Shown here in pieces: positions 39,408 to 49,730 of a stretch of DNA of 64,000 bases. The DNA is from Pyrodictiaceae archaeon (GTDB lineage Archaea; Thermoproteota; Thermoprotei_A; Sulfolobales; Pyrodictiaceae). The stretch lies in the NCBI GenBank assembly GCA_027036135.1, contig JALVSY010000016.1, positions 384,001 to 448,000 on the forward strand, in the 5' to 3' direction. The translations under genes and the position numbers were made by a program. Under the pieces are notes generated by a model. The model did no database searches. It was not told where the DNA came from and worked only from the letters and a program-made list of their open reading frames with translations. The first letter of the stretch is position 1. Each line of letters opens with the position of its first letter.

Positions 39408-39992
39408 ATGCCCAAGGCGCTCTTCATAATAGAGGAGGGCTTTGACGACCTAGAGTTCTTCTATGCCTACCACAGGCTAATAGAGGAAGGCTTCACACCA
39501 GTCATCGCGTCCTCAAGGAAGTACGACGAAGTACCAGCCTACGACCCCGACACGGGTAAGCTAAGCCCACGCCCACGCAGAGTCAGGGGAAAGCACGGCC
39601 TAGAAGTAACCACTGATATCTCGTTCAAGGAGGCACTTGAGAGACTAGACGAATTCGACGTACTCGTAATCCCTGGTGGCCGAGGCCCCGAGCGCGCACG
39701 AAGACACAGAGAGGCACTCGAGATAGTGCGAAGAATGGCGGAGGCAGGCAAACCAATACTCGCTATCTGTCATGGCCCTCAGCTCCTAGTATCAGCTGGA
39801 GTAGCCCGTGGCAAGAAGATGACAGCTTACTGGGGCATAAGAGACGACATAGAGAATGCCGGGGCACAGTACATAGACGAGGACGCGGTACGCGATGACA
39901 ACATAGTAACAGTTAGGCACACTACAGTCCTAGGCAAGGGTGCCAAGCTGTTCATAGAACTACTACGCGAGAAAGGCCTAGTAAAGAGCTAG
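39408..39992 (+). CDS. pfpI: PfpI/DJ-1 family intracellular protease/deglycase
   Basis: GFDDLE, VIPGGRGPE and AICHGPQLL motifs. Start refined to ATG 39408. Confidence 0.88.
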   Translation: MPKALFIIEEGFDDLEFFYAYHRLIEEGFTPVIASSRKYDEVPAYDPDTGKLSPRPRRVRGKHGLEVTTDISFKEALERLDEFDVLVIPGGRGPERARRHREALEIVRRMAEAGKPILAICHGPQLLVSAGVARGKKMTAYWGIRDDIENAGAQYIDEDAVRDDNIVTVRHTTVLGKGAKLFIELLREKGLVKS

Positions 39993-40906
39993 CCTTGTTC
40001 GCAGACAAGGTCTTTTTCTTGGCACTTGTTTGTCTCCAGCTGTATCGTTGCATGTGTTACTCCTATCCTTCGAAGCCTGGCCTCGATCTCGTTTATTATC
40101 CCTTGTGCCTTGCTAAGAGGCATATCCTTAACCTCTACGTGGCATTCAAGCAGCACATCTTTCTCGCCAAGACGCCAAGCATGGCAATGATGCACGTTAA
40201 GCACCCCCGGAACTGATTCGATCTCTCTACGCACCTTCTCTAGGTCAATAGGAGCAGCCTCCATGAGTATCTCGGCGCTCTCACGAAGCACACTAACAGC
40301 TTCTACAACGATATACAAGATAATAATGATGGAGGCTAAGGGATCGAAGAAGTATAACCCTGTATACTTTACCACTAATGCGCCTAGTACAACGATTACG
40401 GATGAGAGCGTATCGCTCAATAAGTGGAGATAAGCGGATCGTATATTCAGGCTCCCTGACGCATGCTCTCTGAGAAGCAATGCCGATACAAGATTACCTA
40501 CTAGTGCTACAAACCCCACAAAGCCAATAACCCTCGCCTCTACGATAGCGGGGTGAAAGAGTTTTGAAACAGCCTCTACAACAACTATTGCCGACAAGAC
40601 GAGGAGAAGCGTTGAGTTAAAGAAGGCAGCTAGCACCTCTGCTCTACGATAACCAAACGTGTAGCGCAGAGAAGCTCTTCTACCAGCGACGAGCTTAGCT
40701 ACATAACTTACACCGAGGCTAAGAGTATCACCAAGATTATGAACAGCATCACTGATTAGCAGCATACTACCAGTAAGAACACCTATGACTAGTTCAATAA
40801 CGGTAATAGCGCTATTAATGACGATGGAGTATAGTAAGTGCCTCGAGGCAGAACCTATACCCCGGACTCGGCGAGCCACCACGAGTACACCAATTCCACA
40901 TAGCAT
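39989..40906 (-). CDS. Cation diffusion facilitator (CzcD/ZitB-like) transporter
   Basis: SDAVHNLGD, YTFGYRRAEVLAAF, NIRSAYLHLLSD and HATIQLE motifs. Confidence 0.92.
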   Translation of the reverse strand: MLCGIGVLVVARRVRGIGSASRHLLYSIVINSAITVIELVIGVLTGSMLLISDAVHNLGDTLSLGVSYVAKLVAGRRASLRYTFGYRRAEVLAAFFNSTLLLVLSAIVVVEAVSKLFHPAIVEARVIGFVGFVALVGNLVSALLLREHASGSLNIRSAYLHLLSDTLSSVIVVLGALVVKYTGLYFFDPLASIIIILYIVVEAVSVLRESAEILMEAAPIDLEKVRREIESVPGVLNVHHCHAWRLGEKDVLLECHVEVKDMPLSKAQGIINEIEARLRRIGVTHATIQLETNKCQEKDLVCEQG

Positions 40907-40929
40907 ATCCTAGTTAATCGCTGCTTTCC

Positions 40930-41322
40930 TTAACTCTTAATCTCGATCATTCTCCGATAATGCTCCCTTGCTTTCTCGAACTCTTCTTCGCTGTAGAGGT
41001 GTATATCTACGGGGTAGTCCCATGGGAGCCCGTAAAGGGTTACAGCTCTATCCTTTATATCGAGTCTCAGGTAGAGTTTCTTTCTCTCGTCACGGGGCAC
41101 GTTCTTGGAAACTACCACGATGTCTATGTCGCTTAGCACTGTTAAGCGGTTCTCAGCAGCACCGCCAACCACGTAGACCCTTGTATCCGGTCCCAGTAGG
41201 TCCCTGGCAGCCTTAGCGACAGCCCCGACATATAATCGCCACTGGCGAAGCCTCCGGTATAGCTCTACGAGTAGCTTCTCCAGGCTAGGCTTCCTTCTCA
41301 AGGCCTCTTCGCGCCTTCTCAA
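40930..41322 (-). CDS. MNT minimal nucleotidyltransferase antitoxin
   Basis: YVVGGAAE...SDIDIVV...PVDIH; overlaps the HEPN gene. Confidence 0.85.
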   Translation of the reverse strand: MRRREEALRRKPSLEKLLVELYRRLRQWRLYVGAVAKAARDLLGPDTRVYVVGGAAENRLTVLSDIDIVVVSKNVPRDERKKLYLRLDIKDRAVTLYGLPWDYPVDIHLYSEEEFEKAREHYRRMIEIKS

Positions 41323-41725
41323 TGAACTCTATTACCTCCTTTGCAGCCTCTATGCATTTCTCGGCTTCCTCGCCGCTATAGTCTATGTATCCGTAGCGGC
41401 CCCGATAGTACGCGTCGTTAAGAAGCCAGAGGTCCTTACGACGCTTCTTGGCAAAGTCAGCAACAAGACCCGCTAATTCGCCTAGGCCACCCTCCTCTAG
41501 AACCCTGTACAAGAGCCCTAGCAGTTCATGAAGATCATGTATTCGGGGAGCGGAGCCTAATACCTCGTAGAGAAATGACTTAATAGCTAGCTGCGCAGCC
41601 TGCTCAGCCTCAAAACATGCAAGATCATACTCTCCTCTACCCATGCGCCACTTGGCACCCTCCAGCATTGCTAGTGCTCGTCTCCAGAGCTTGGCTACTA
41701 GCTCGCCACTAGACACCAAGAGCAC
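41285..41725 (-). CDS. HEPN domain protein
   Basis: YDLACFEAEQAAQLAIK, PRIHDL.EL and AYYRGRY motifs. Confidence 0.88.
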   Translation of the reverse strand: MLLVSSGELVAKLWRRALAMLEGAKWRMGRGEYDLACFEAEQAAQLAIKSFLYEVLGSAPRIHDLHELLGLLYRVLEEGGLGELAGLVADFAKKRRKDLWLLNDAYYRGRYGYIDYSGEEAEKCIEAAKEVIEFIEKARRGLEKEA

Positions 41726-41855
41726 ACCGAGAAGTGATTATGCCTCTTAAGCATAATTTACTCTATATGCCTCGTTACCAGGAGCGTGATAAGCAAAGCA
41801 ATGTATGGAGAGAAAACAGCTCTAGCCTCTATTGCCTTGGTTTGAGCGCCCTGGC

Positions 41856-43763
41856 CTATATCGTCTTATCAACGAGGGATTCGGGTACCTCTATTATCTC
41901 TGTTAGCCCTAGCTCGATGAGCTTCGTCTTTGTTGGTTTGCCTTGGGGGCTCCAGCCCCTCGCAGCATAGTACTCGTTCTTCATTGCTTCTAGCTCCTCT
42001 GGGCTTACTACGCAGCCCTCGCATGGCCCACGCTTTATCGGTTCACGGAGCAAGCGCTCCGGAAGCGTATCGTCCTCACGCCTCAGCCCCCATCTGAGAT
42101 TGATTAGCCTCTCCAGGTTAACTACCCGCTCGCCTGCCAAGAGGAGGTTGCCGGGCGTTATCTCTTCTCCTAGAAGGGCTGAGACGAACTCCGCTAAGGG
42201 CTCCGGGGTTAGCGCGTATCTACTGAACTTGCAGACCCCCGTTATGTCATAGACTGCCATGAGGTCCTCCATCTCCTTGACAAGTACGCCCTTACCCCTA
42301 GGGCTCCTAGCATTAATGCCCTCGTAGACCCATAGCTTCCCGGGAAGCTCAACAGCGTAGGCGCCGCTGGTCAAGTGGTCGCCGCCGCGGCTCGAGACAG
42401 CGAAGCCAAGGGCCATCCCCTTGAGCCCGCGGGCATCGTAGGCTGGTAGCTCGAGGCCCTTAACCTGGATAGCATAGCCAAGCCCTCGCCCGATTCTCTC
42501 CGCGGCTCTAGGGGAACCATCTGCTAGTAGCTTGCCGAGCCTTCCTTCGCGCAGCGCTATCCTCTTCACAGCCTCCATGAACGTGTCTAGGTCTCCCCAT
42601 CGAAGAACAAGGCCGCCGAGATCCTCCGGGCCCAGGTCCCCTCTCTCGAGAGCCTCTATGGCCCAGGACAGGGTAGCCCCAAGGCTTATCGAGTCCAGCC
42701 CGTACTCGTCAGCCAGGTAGTTGAGAACAGCTACGGGGTCCACGTCGCAGAAGCCTAGGTTAGAGCCAAGCGCGTACTGTCTCGTACTCGGGGCCATCAA
42801 CCCTTACCCTGCCATGCCCTGGCACATCTGCCTCAATGACTTGGCTGCATACACGGTTACAGTATGGGCATGGGTTCCTGCCAACACGTTTCCCTGGGGC
42901 CCAGAAGCCGAGCCTCTCCATAGCCTTCTCGCCGTCGCCGCACCAGTCAAGCGTGCTCTCTCTCCAGTTGAGCCCGGGGAAGACTCCGTGAACCTTATTG
43001 GTGAGCGTGATTATGGCTGGGGCACCATACTCTATTAGGTTCTTGCTGCCGGGGTGCCGGGGGAGCCCCGTAGCCCACTTCCTCACAAGCTCCCTGGTCT
43101 TCTCGGGCATAGCTGGCCTAGGCTCCCTGTAGCCCCTCGCAACCACGGCTTTCAGCCGCTTAGAGCCCATAACAGCTCCTAGCCCTGTCCTCCCAGCCTG
43201 CCTCCCATTACAATCTATGAGAGCCATGGCAGAGAGCCTCTCCCCGGCGGGGCCAATAACGCAGGAAGAGTACCCGGGGAACCGCTTAGCTAGCTCGCCC
43301 CGAGCCCTACCAATCAGCAAGCCCCACAGCTCCTCCGCGGGCTCGACACGCGTGCCATCCTTGTCGAGTACTAGTACCCCGGGCTCCTCGAGCGCGCCAT
43401 GGATTACTAGGGCGTCGAAGCCTAGGCGGCGAATCTCAACACCTAGCCGGGCACCAACAGAGGAACGCCCAAGGAACCTCGTCAAGGGGCCCGAGCCGCA
43501 ATAATAGTCTTCGAAGCAGTACTAAGCCCGCTACCAAGCAGCAATCCAGGAGCAAAGACAAGCACATTACCGGGGCCAAGGGGCCCAGTATTCTCACTCG
43601 TGTACTTATAGATAAGGAGGCTCGCTAATCCTCTCCCGCCGAGGAGAAGACGGTAAACCTTTTCATGTAGCCCCTCAACCCAGCTTCTCCCAGTAGATAG
43701 ATCGTAGTGAAGAACACGGCCACTAACCCAACTAAGCTGGCTAAACAATAGCTGGGACACCAA
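41856..43763 (-). pseudogene. Tungsten aldehyde:ferredoxin oxidoreductase family gene split by two frameshifts
   Basis: Three consecutive ORFs (43482..43763, 42760..43485, 41856..42800) carry LGGRGLA, GRTGLGAVMGSKRLKA, GPEYET, DEYGLDSIS, VKGLELPAYD, RGGDHL and EYYAARGW. Confidence 0.85.
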
Positions 43764-43814
43764 GTATAAAGCATAAGGAGTTGGAGACCTTTATCAATAA
43801 TCTCCCAGGGATCC

Positions 43815-44741
43815 TCATCGTCTATTAGTGGATCGCTCAAGATAAGTATAGATCCTTATTCCAAGTGGCCCTGCCTTCTTCCTAGCCTTCTCGGATACGA
43901 AGCCGCCAACGATTACGAGTTGTGGCCTATATCCTGTCTTCTTCTGGTATAGCTCCCCTATCCTGCTAAGCTCTAGTACATCGCCAGTATCAACCCTGCT
44001 CTTCACCTCTACTAATATATGCACGCCATCCTTGATAACTACATCCACCTCAACCTCCGAGGGATGATCATAGACGTAGCCCTCCTCGTCATAAGTTGTC
44101 CAGTGCTCCGCGGTAGCACCAAAGTACTCCTCCAATATCCCTTTCATAGCCTCTCTGAACGCCTCCTCGCTGAGCACACCGAAGCGATGAGCAACAGTCT
44201 TCAACAATACCTCAAACTCATCCATGCGCCTCTCCAGTCCCGTAACCCTCTCCTCGAGGCGAGTCACTCTCTCCTCTAGCTGTGCGAATCTTTCTTCGAG
44301 CTTAGCGAAGCGTTCTTCTAGTTGTGCAAAGCGTTCCTCAAGCTTCGCCACTCTCTCCTCTAGTCTCTGATACCTCTCTTCTAGTTCTTGATACCTTTCC
44401 TCTAGCCTCGTGAATCTCTCCTCTAGTTTTGCGAAGTGCTTCTCAAGTTCTTGCTGCCTCTCCTCGATCCTAGCAAATCTCTCCTCTAATTGCGCAAATC
44501 GTTCCTCGAGCTTCTGTTGCCGCTCCTCGATCCTAGCGAATCGTTCCTCCAGTTTCCTGAACTCCTCTTCTAGCCTTAGCTGCCTCTCCTCTAGCTTCTG
44601 CTGGCGCTCCTCAAGCCTACTAAACCTCTCCAAAAGCTCCCGGAAACCCAGGGCACCAAGCAACATATAACGTAGCTCACGATCCTCCTTAATAAGGTCT
44701 AGTAGCGCTTCCTTCAATGCCTTCTTATCAATAGTGCTCAA
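43815..44741 (-). CDS. DUF3782 / PD-(D/E)XK nuclease with heptad-repeat coiled coil
   Basis: About 20 LEERFAx-type heptads, followed by SEEAFREAM and EVDVVIKDG.HILVEVKS. Confidence 0.85.
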   Translation of the reverse strand: MSTIDKKALKEALLDLIKEDRELRYMLLGALGFRELLERFSRLEERQQKLEERQLRLEEEFRKLEERFARIEERQQKLEERFAQLEERFARIEERQQELEKHFAKLEERFTRLEERYQELEERYQRLEERVAKLEERFAQLEERFAKLEERFAQLEERVTRLEERVTGLERRMDEFEVLLKTVAHRFGVLSEEAFREAMKGILEEYFGATAEHWTTYDEEGYVYDHPSEVEVDVVIKDGVHILVEVKSRVDTGDVLELSRIGELYQKKTGYRPQLVIVGGFVSEKARKKAGPLGIRIYTYLERSTNRR

Positions 44742-44807
44742 TGCTCCCCAGCTCCTCTCCTAGAAAACAATGGGGAGAGGGTAACATCTTATCAAGCTTC
44801 CTATCTC

Positions 44808-45596
44808 CTAGCCTAGGCTAATAGTTACACCCTCCTCGGCTAGCTCGAGTAACCGCTTAGAGATGAAGCGCAGCGCTTCCGCTAGCACCTTCTCGTTATC
44901 GTATTCCTTGAGCAGCTTCTCTAGTCTCTCCTCGTCCCAGGTTCTCATCTCTTCTACGTACTTCGTTATCCTTGGCAGTGCCCGTACCACGTTATCAACA
45001 ATGGTTATGCTCGCAGCCCGCGCTGTGTGGCTCAACGGGTTCAGATCAATAGCTATCACTGTCTTACCCATGCGGCGAAGAGCCTCCGTGCGATCACCAT
45101 CCTCCAGCGCGACAAGCACCACGTCAGCCACGTAGATGCCTCGTGGGCTCACCCTGCCCCTTGCGTGCTCAAGCCCAGGAATAACAGCAGTAGCGTCATC
45201 AACCCCAAGCACCTCGCGAGCACCATTCCTCCTCAACAGCTCAGCTATTTTCCGAGCCCTTTCCTCTGTGCGGTAGAATAGATTAACCTCGATGAGGGCA
45301 TTAGTAGCCATTGCTAGTTCCACGACCTCGCGGGCAGCGAGAGCAGCCGTGTTACCATTTACACTGATAACGGGGCGCCTAGCAAGGAGGAGTACAGCAG
45401 CTGCAGCCCGCTCAGCCTCCTCAGCGAAAAACTGGGTCTCCTCGCCGACTAGGTAGTCAAAGCACTCGCCACGGCCATGAGCAATAAGCCCCTCAGGAAC
45501 AACAATCCCCTCACGACAAGCCTCAACAACCCTCTCACGGAGCAAGAGACTCCAATAACGCGGATGACTACGCGGAACCCGCCACCCACCAGACAC
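44808..45596 (-). CDS. pps: 4-phosphopantoate--beta-alanine ligase (archaeal phosphopantothenate synthetase)
   Basis: SHPRY.SL, GLIAHGRGE.FDYL.GE, ISVNGN, LEDGDRTEAL and IDLNPLS motifs. Confidence 0.93.
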   Translation of the reverse strand: MSGGWRVPRSHPRYWSLLLRERVVEACREGIVVPEGLIAHGRGECFDYLVGEETQFFAEEAERAAAAVLLLARRPVISVNGNTAALAAREVVELAMATNALIEVNLFYRTEERARKIAELLRRNGAREVLGVDDATAVIPGLEHARGRVSPRGIYVADVVLVALEDGDRTEALRRMGKTVIAIDLNPLSHTARAASITIVDNVVRALPRITKYVEEMRTWDEERLEKLLKEYDNEKVLAEALRFISKRLLELAEEGVTISLG

Positions 45597-45884
45597 GGGG
45601 CCTCACCCAGCGACCTAAACGAGTATAATCAACACGTGATAACAACTACTACACAGCCTATTACCCTATCCGGTGCACCGGGTAGAGCGGAAAGAAGTCA
45701 TGACGGGAAATATACCCATAGAAGACTAGTATAACCACAAAGAGAGAAAACAAAATATAATCAATCACAAACACTACTTATATACACTGCGAAACCAGGC
45801 ACAGCCTAAACCCGACATAAGAACTTAAAAGGGCAACAAATTATCAACACTATAACGGCGAACAAAAAGAGAGGGGAACCCTAG

Positions 45885-46349
45885 ATGCCCAGGAAAATGA
45901 GAGGTATAAGCCCAATAATAGCAACAGTAATCATACTAGCAGTAACAATAGCCATAGCAATAGCGGTAGTAGGATGGGTAATGGGGCTGTTCAGAGGCGC
46001 TACTAAATCCAGTGCGCAACTACAGATACTTCCTGATAGCTATATTAATACTAGCGGATACGCGCTCTGTCTACACGTAATGAATAAGGGCTCTACTACA
46101 GCGAAAATAGTAAAGATATCGATAGGTGGTATAGGAACATATACTAATACAAACGGTGTATTAGTTAATGCTGGTAAGTCTATCTGGATAGCTATTACCA
46201 ATACTACTGTTACTACGAGTTGTAAGAATGCTGAAAATCCACAACTATTTAGTAAGGATGGGGTATCCGCGGTTCCAAGTGTTACTTATAGTGTCAATAT
46301 ATACACCGCTGATGGCAGCGTATTCCCCGGCCAGGTTACTGCCAGTTAG
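45885..46349 (+). CDS. Archaeal type IV pilin (class III signal peptide)
   Basis: MPRKMRG/ISPIIATVIILAVTIAIAIAV cleavage and hydrophobic motif. Confidence 0.9.
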   Translation: MPRKMRGISPIIATVIILAVTIAIAIAVVGWVMGLFRGATKSSAQLQILPDSYINTSGYALCLHVMNKGSTTAKIVKISIGGIGTYTNTNGVLVNAGKSIWIAITNTTVTTSCKNAENPQLFSKDGVSAVPSVTYSVNIYTADGSVFPGQVTAS

Positions 46350-46371
46350 CTTAGAATCTAAGATTTTTAAG

Positions 46372-47436
46372 TTATTTTTTAGCTACTATTACCGTTCTTG
46401 TTAGGCTTCCGTGTACTCGCATGTAGTGTTTTTCCTGGATTTTTAGCCCGGCTTGTTCTGTGTACTTGGTTGCTTTGTTTTCGGCCCAGTGTGGCGTGGC
46501 GTAGGCTATGTGTTTTCCTGGTTTGAGTACTCGGGCTGCTTCTGTTAGGAATTGTTCTAGTAGTTGGTCTAGTGGTTTGCCTCTTGTTGAGGTGCTTCTT
46601 CCGTAGGGCGGGTCTGTCCCTATGCTCTGGATGCTGTTGTCTCGTAGTGGTAGCCTGGTTGCGTCCCACTGGATGTTCTCGGCTAGGTAGTCGCCGGGGT
46701 AGGCTCGCGTGTTCCTTTTTGCCCCCTCTGCTAGTTTCCGGGCTAGCTCGCCGCAGAGCGTGGGGATCCCGAGTGTTTGGGCTTCTATGGCGAAGCCCCC
46801 GGTTCCGCAGAAGGGGTCTAGGTATGGGCCTGGGGGCGTTGCTCTTGCTAGGTTTATGAATAGTCTTGCTAGGCGTGGATCTAGGCTCCCTGGGTGGAAG
46901 AAGGGTCTCTTCTGGGGCCGGTGGCTCTCTATTAGTTTCTTTGGCTGCTTGTCCTCCACGAGGCCTATTATCGCTGTTCCCTGGGTGACTATGAGGTGTA
47001 CCAATCTTGTTGGTTCTCTGGGGGTTGCTTCGGCTCCGCAGCTTCTTAGTAGGGGCGCTATTTTCTCTGCTAGTTTCCTCGCGGTGTTGTCTGGTACCTG
47101 GTTCTTCGCGTAGCCCTTGAGCCTAACCATTTCTACCCTGACCCGATCCCCTGGCGAGACGTGGCTACACCAATCAATGAACAATGATTTCTCTAGTATC
47201 GCTGCCTCCTCGGCCTCCGTGGCGGCGAGTACTCTCCCTGTCTCGTGTATGAGCCCAGCTCTCCATGCCACGCCACAGCTACTCGGGGCAGTTGCTTCGT
47301 AGACGGCTACCTGGTCCAATACCTCAACTAAGCGGTAGCGATGACCGAGAGCCTCCAGTATTCCACGTAGCTCGGCAAGCGGTAAGCTGGCGTGGAGACC
47401 GCTGAGCAATGCATAGAAGAGTCTCGTTGATGCCAA
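46372..47436 (-). CDS. tRNA (guanine(10)-N2)-methyltransferase Trm11/TrmG10 (THUMP + MTase)
   Basis: RPFFHPGSLDPRLAR, LDPFCGTGG, TDPPYGRS and RVHGSLTR motifs. Confidence 0.9.
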   Translation of the reverse strand: MASTRLFYALLSGLHASLPLAELRGILEALGHRYRLVEVLDQVAVYEATAPSSCGVAWRAGLIHETGRVLAATEAEEAAILEKSLFIDWCSHVSPGDRVRVEMVRLKGYAKNQVPDNTARKLAEKIAPLLRSCGAEATPREPTRLVHLIVTQGTAIIGLVEDKQPKKLIESHRPQKRPFFHPGSLDPRLARLFINLARATPPGPYLDPFCGTGGFAIEAQTLGIPTLCGELARKLAEGAKRNTRAYPGDYLAENIQWDATRLPLRDNSIQSIGTDPPYGRSTSTRGKPLDQLLEQFLTEAARVLKPGKHIAYATPHWAENKATKYTEQAGLKIQEKHYMRVHGSLTRTVIVAKK

Positions 47437-47548
47437 CTCTCCTCAGCCAATGAGTGCTCTATATAAACTGCTTATTCAAGGAGAAGTGGTTACGCCTTGA
47501 GCCGCAGATGTACTATGTGAGGGGCTGGGTTTGTAGCCTAGCCTTGTT

Positions 47549-48046
47549 TTATGCCCTTGTCTCGGCTCTGAGCTCCGTGTACAGCTTGTATAGCTCGTCG
47601 ATTCTCTTGTCGATTTCATCGATCTTAGCCAATAAGGTCTCTTGTACCTTGTCTATTCTCTTGTTTGTCTCTTCAATTTTGGCCAGCAATGTCTCTTGTA
47701 CATGGTCTATTCGTTTGTTAGTCTCCTCAATCTTTGCTAATAGGGTAGCTTGGACAGAATCTATTCTCGCTGATAGAGTCACTTGCACACTATCAATCCT
47801 CTTATTTGTTTCATCTATTCTCTTGTTTGTCTCGTCTATACGTTTATTTGTCTCGTCTATTCTTCTGCTAACCTCTCTTATCTCCTCTCTTAGTTCTCTC
47901 CTTGTCTCCCGCACCTCTTTGTGCATGAGGTCTAGGTAGAGGAGTAGTAGCTCCTCTGTTGAGAGTTTCTTCCCCTTCTCAAGCTTTTCCAATATCTTCT
48001 TAGAGACCTGGCTGAGAAGCGTTGAGAGAACAGCCTCCTCGGCCAA
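47549..48046 (-). CDS. paREP15-like coiled-coil repeat protein
   Basis: Tandem IDETNKR and IDxVQxTLLAKIEETNKR repeats; paralog of 3866..4225. Confidence 0.75.
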   Translation of the reverse strand: MAEEAVLSTLLSQVSKKILEKLEKGKKLSTEELLLLYLDLMHKEVRETRRELREEIREVSRRIDETNKRIDETNKRIDETNKRIDSVQVTLSARIDSVQATLLAKIEETNKRIDHVQETLLAKIEETNKRIDKVQETLLAKIDEIDKRIDELYKLYTELRAETRA

Positions 48047-48322
48047 AGCTCAGAACCCCTAATATTGAGAATAGCTTGGTAGGCGAAAACAGTTGCGCCC
48101 AGGATTGTGTAGCTATTGCTGCGCATCTAGCATGGCCTCTCTATGGATTTGGTAGGCATTTTAACCTCAGGGTAATCAGTAGTGGCGTTCCTGGGTCAAA
48201 AAGCTTTTAAAGAAGAACTAGTCTCACCTAGCAGGGGCTCTGCACCACTCCTCCTAGCCCTATAGATAAGGAAGCCTCGCCGAGGCCCCTAAGCCTCCCA
48301 GCTCCATGGAGGTGGATCTGCC

Positions 48323-48463
48323 TTGAGAAAAGTGGAGACTAGGGAAGAGACTGCAGAAAAGAAGGAAATTAGGCTAAGTATCTATGAGGAGCTAGCACAC
48401 CTATCCGAGCAGCTTGGTAGGCCAATGGGCTCCCTGCTAAGAAAGATACTAGAGAAGATCTAA
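48323..48463 (+). CDS. Small ribbon-helix-helix protein (46 aa)
   Basis: GGAGGTGG RBS; TTG start; MRKVETREETAEKKEIRLSIYEELAHLSEQLGRPMGSLLRKILEKI*. Confidence 0.6.
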   Translation: MRKVETREETAEKKEIRLSIYEELAHLSEQLGRPMGSLLRKILEKI

Positions 48464-48507
48464 GACCCCTGGACAAGTTAGCTGCGACCACTTCATTCTT
48501 TTCTAGA

Positions 48508-49641
48508 TCAATTGGTGTTATAGCTTAGCTCGGCTTTCCCCTCGTGCATCTCCTTAGCAGCTAAGTAGACTTGTTCGACGTGGTAGTTTCTTGGTAGGAG
48601 TCTCTCTGCTTTCCTCGTAGTCTCTTCCCTTAGCCTCTCAGCCTCTCTTAGTGAGGGGGTACTCCACTTGGCATCCGCGACTATTGCTTTCTTTCTCTCC
48701 ATGTCGAGTATGGCTATGTCTACTTCTTCTCCCTTGTGCTCGAGGGAAGCCAACTACGTTGTAGCACATCGCCGCGCACTTGGTAAGGAGGTAGCCTCGT
48801 ATGAACTCTTCCCATACAGGGGCTGTGTACGTGTCTATTTTCTCGAGTATCCTTTTCTCGGCCTCACTTGTTTCTCCCAGCTCGCTATCGCGGCTAGCAC
48901 GGCGTTATATGTATGTGGATCTCTTAGTTCCCCATGTAATATGAAGTCCTTCTCGTAGAGAAGAGGCGCTGCAGGGGATAGGACTAGCTCTCTAACAACT
49001 TGCTCGAGACTAGTAGCGCCGTGTACTAGGCAGAGGTAGAAAGGTATCCCACCCACTAAGGCATAGAGCCGGACACGGTTACTCGGGCTGAGCTGGGGCA
49101 CGAATTCCCGGAGGTAGCGATAGCTGAACAGGCCTAGGCGGAGACGAACACTAGCACGCCCTAGAGCAGCGAGCCTCCTCCGAGAACACTTCTCTCCATA
49201 ACACCTACTAGGCTACCCAAGACTACGAGAAAGGCTACGGGTACCCGGTGATTCATGGTCAATGAAGTATTGTAGTTCGCTTAGCACACGAGGCGCTACA
49301 CGAACCCAGTAAGTAAACTCATCGATAACTATGACATCTGCTCCCATCCTCGTCACTAGTTTTAGAAGGGAGTCAAGCCTACGGGGCGCAGGTCACGTAG
49401 ACTAGGTTCTCCTAGCTGCTCGGCAGCCAAGGAGCCTAGCTCGAGGAGATTATGCTCGTGGCTACTCAGCTGAGCTACGAAGTAAACATAGCGAGCACCC
49501 AGGCCTCTAAGCCACTCACGTACCAGCCTTGTCTTAGCTATATGCCTATGCCCCATACAGTACTTCAAAGCCTGGCCGCTTCGTAAACGCCTCGCTAAGA
49601 GCAGCTAGTTCTCTCACCCCATCAGCGAATCTGCACTGCAC
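48508..49641 (-). pseudogene. Archaeal ATPase (AAA/DEXX-box with DUF234-type C-terminus), heavily degraded
   Basis: Fragments: degenerate Walker A GHRHIAKTRL, VIVIDEF, LVGGIPFYL, and EEVDIAI...DAKW in several frames. Confidence 0.75.
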
Positions 49642-49730
49642 CTAGAGTACCCTACCCTAGAAGCCTGGCACCCAGAGTATAGATATTACAAAGCACTACT
49701 AGTGCCTCTCTTGAACACGTTCCGGGGGCC

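Noticed and set aside
44220-44620. Tandem 21-nt repeats (also at 47600-47870) as a CRISPR array
   Set aside because: They are degenerate in-frame coding heptads with no unique spacers and no cas genes.
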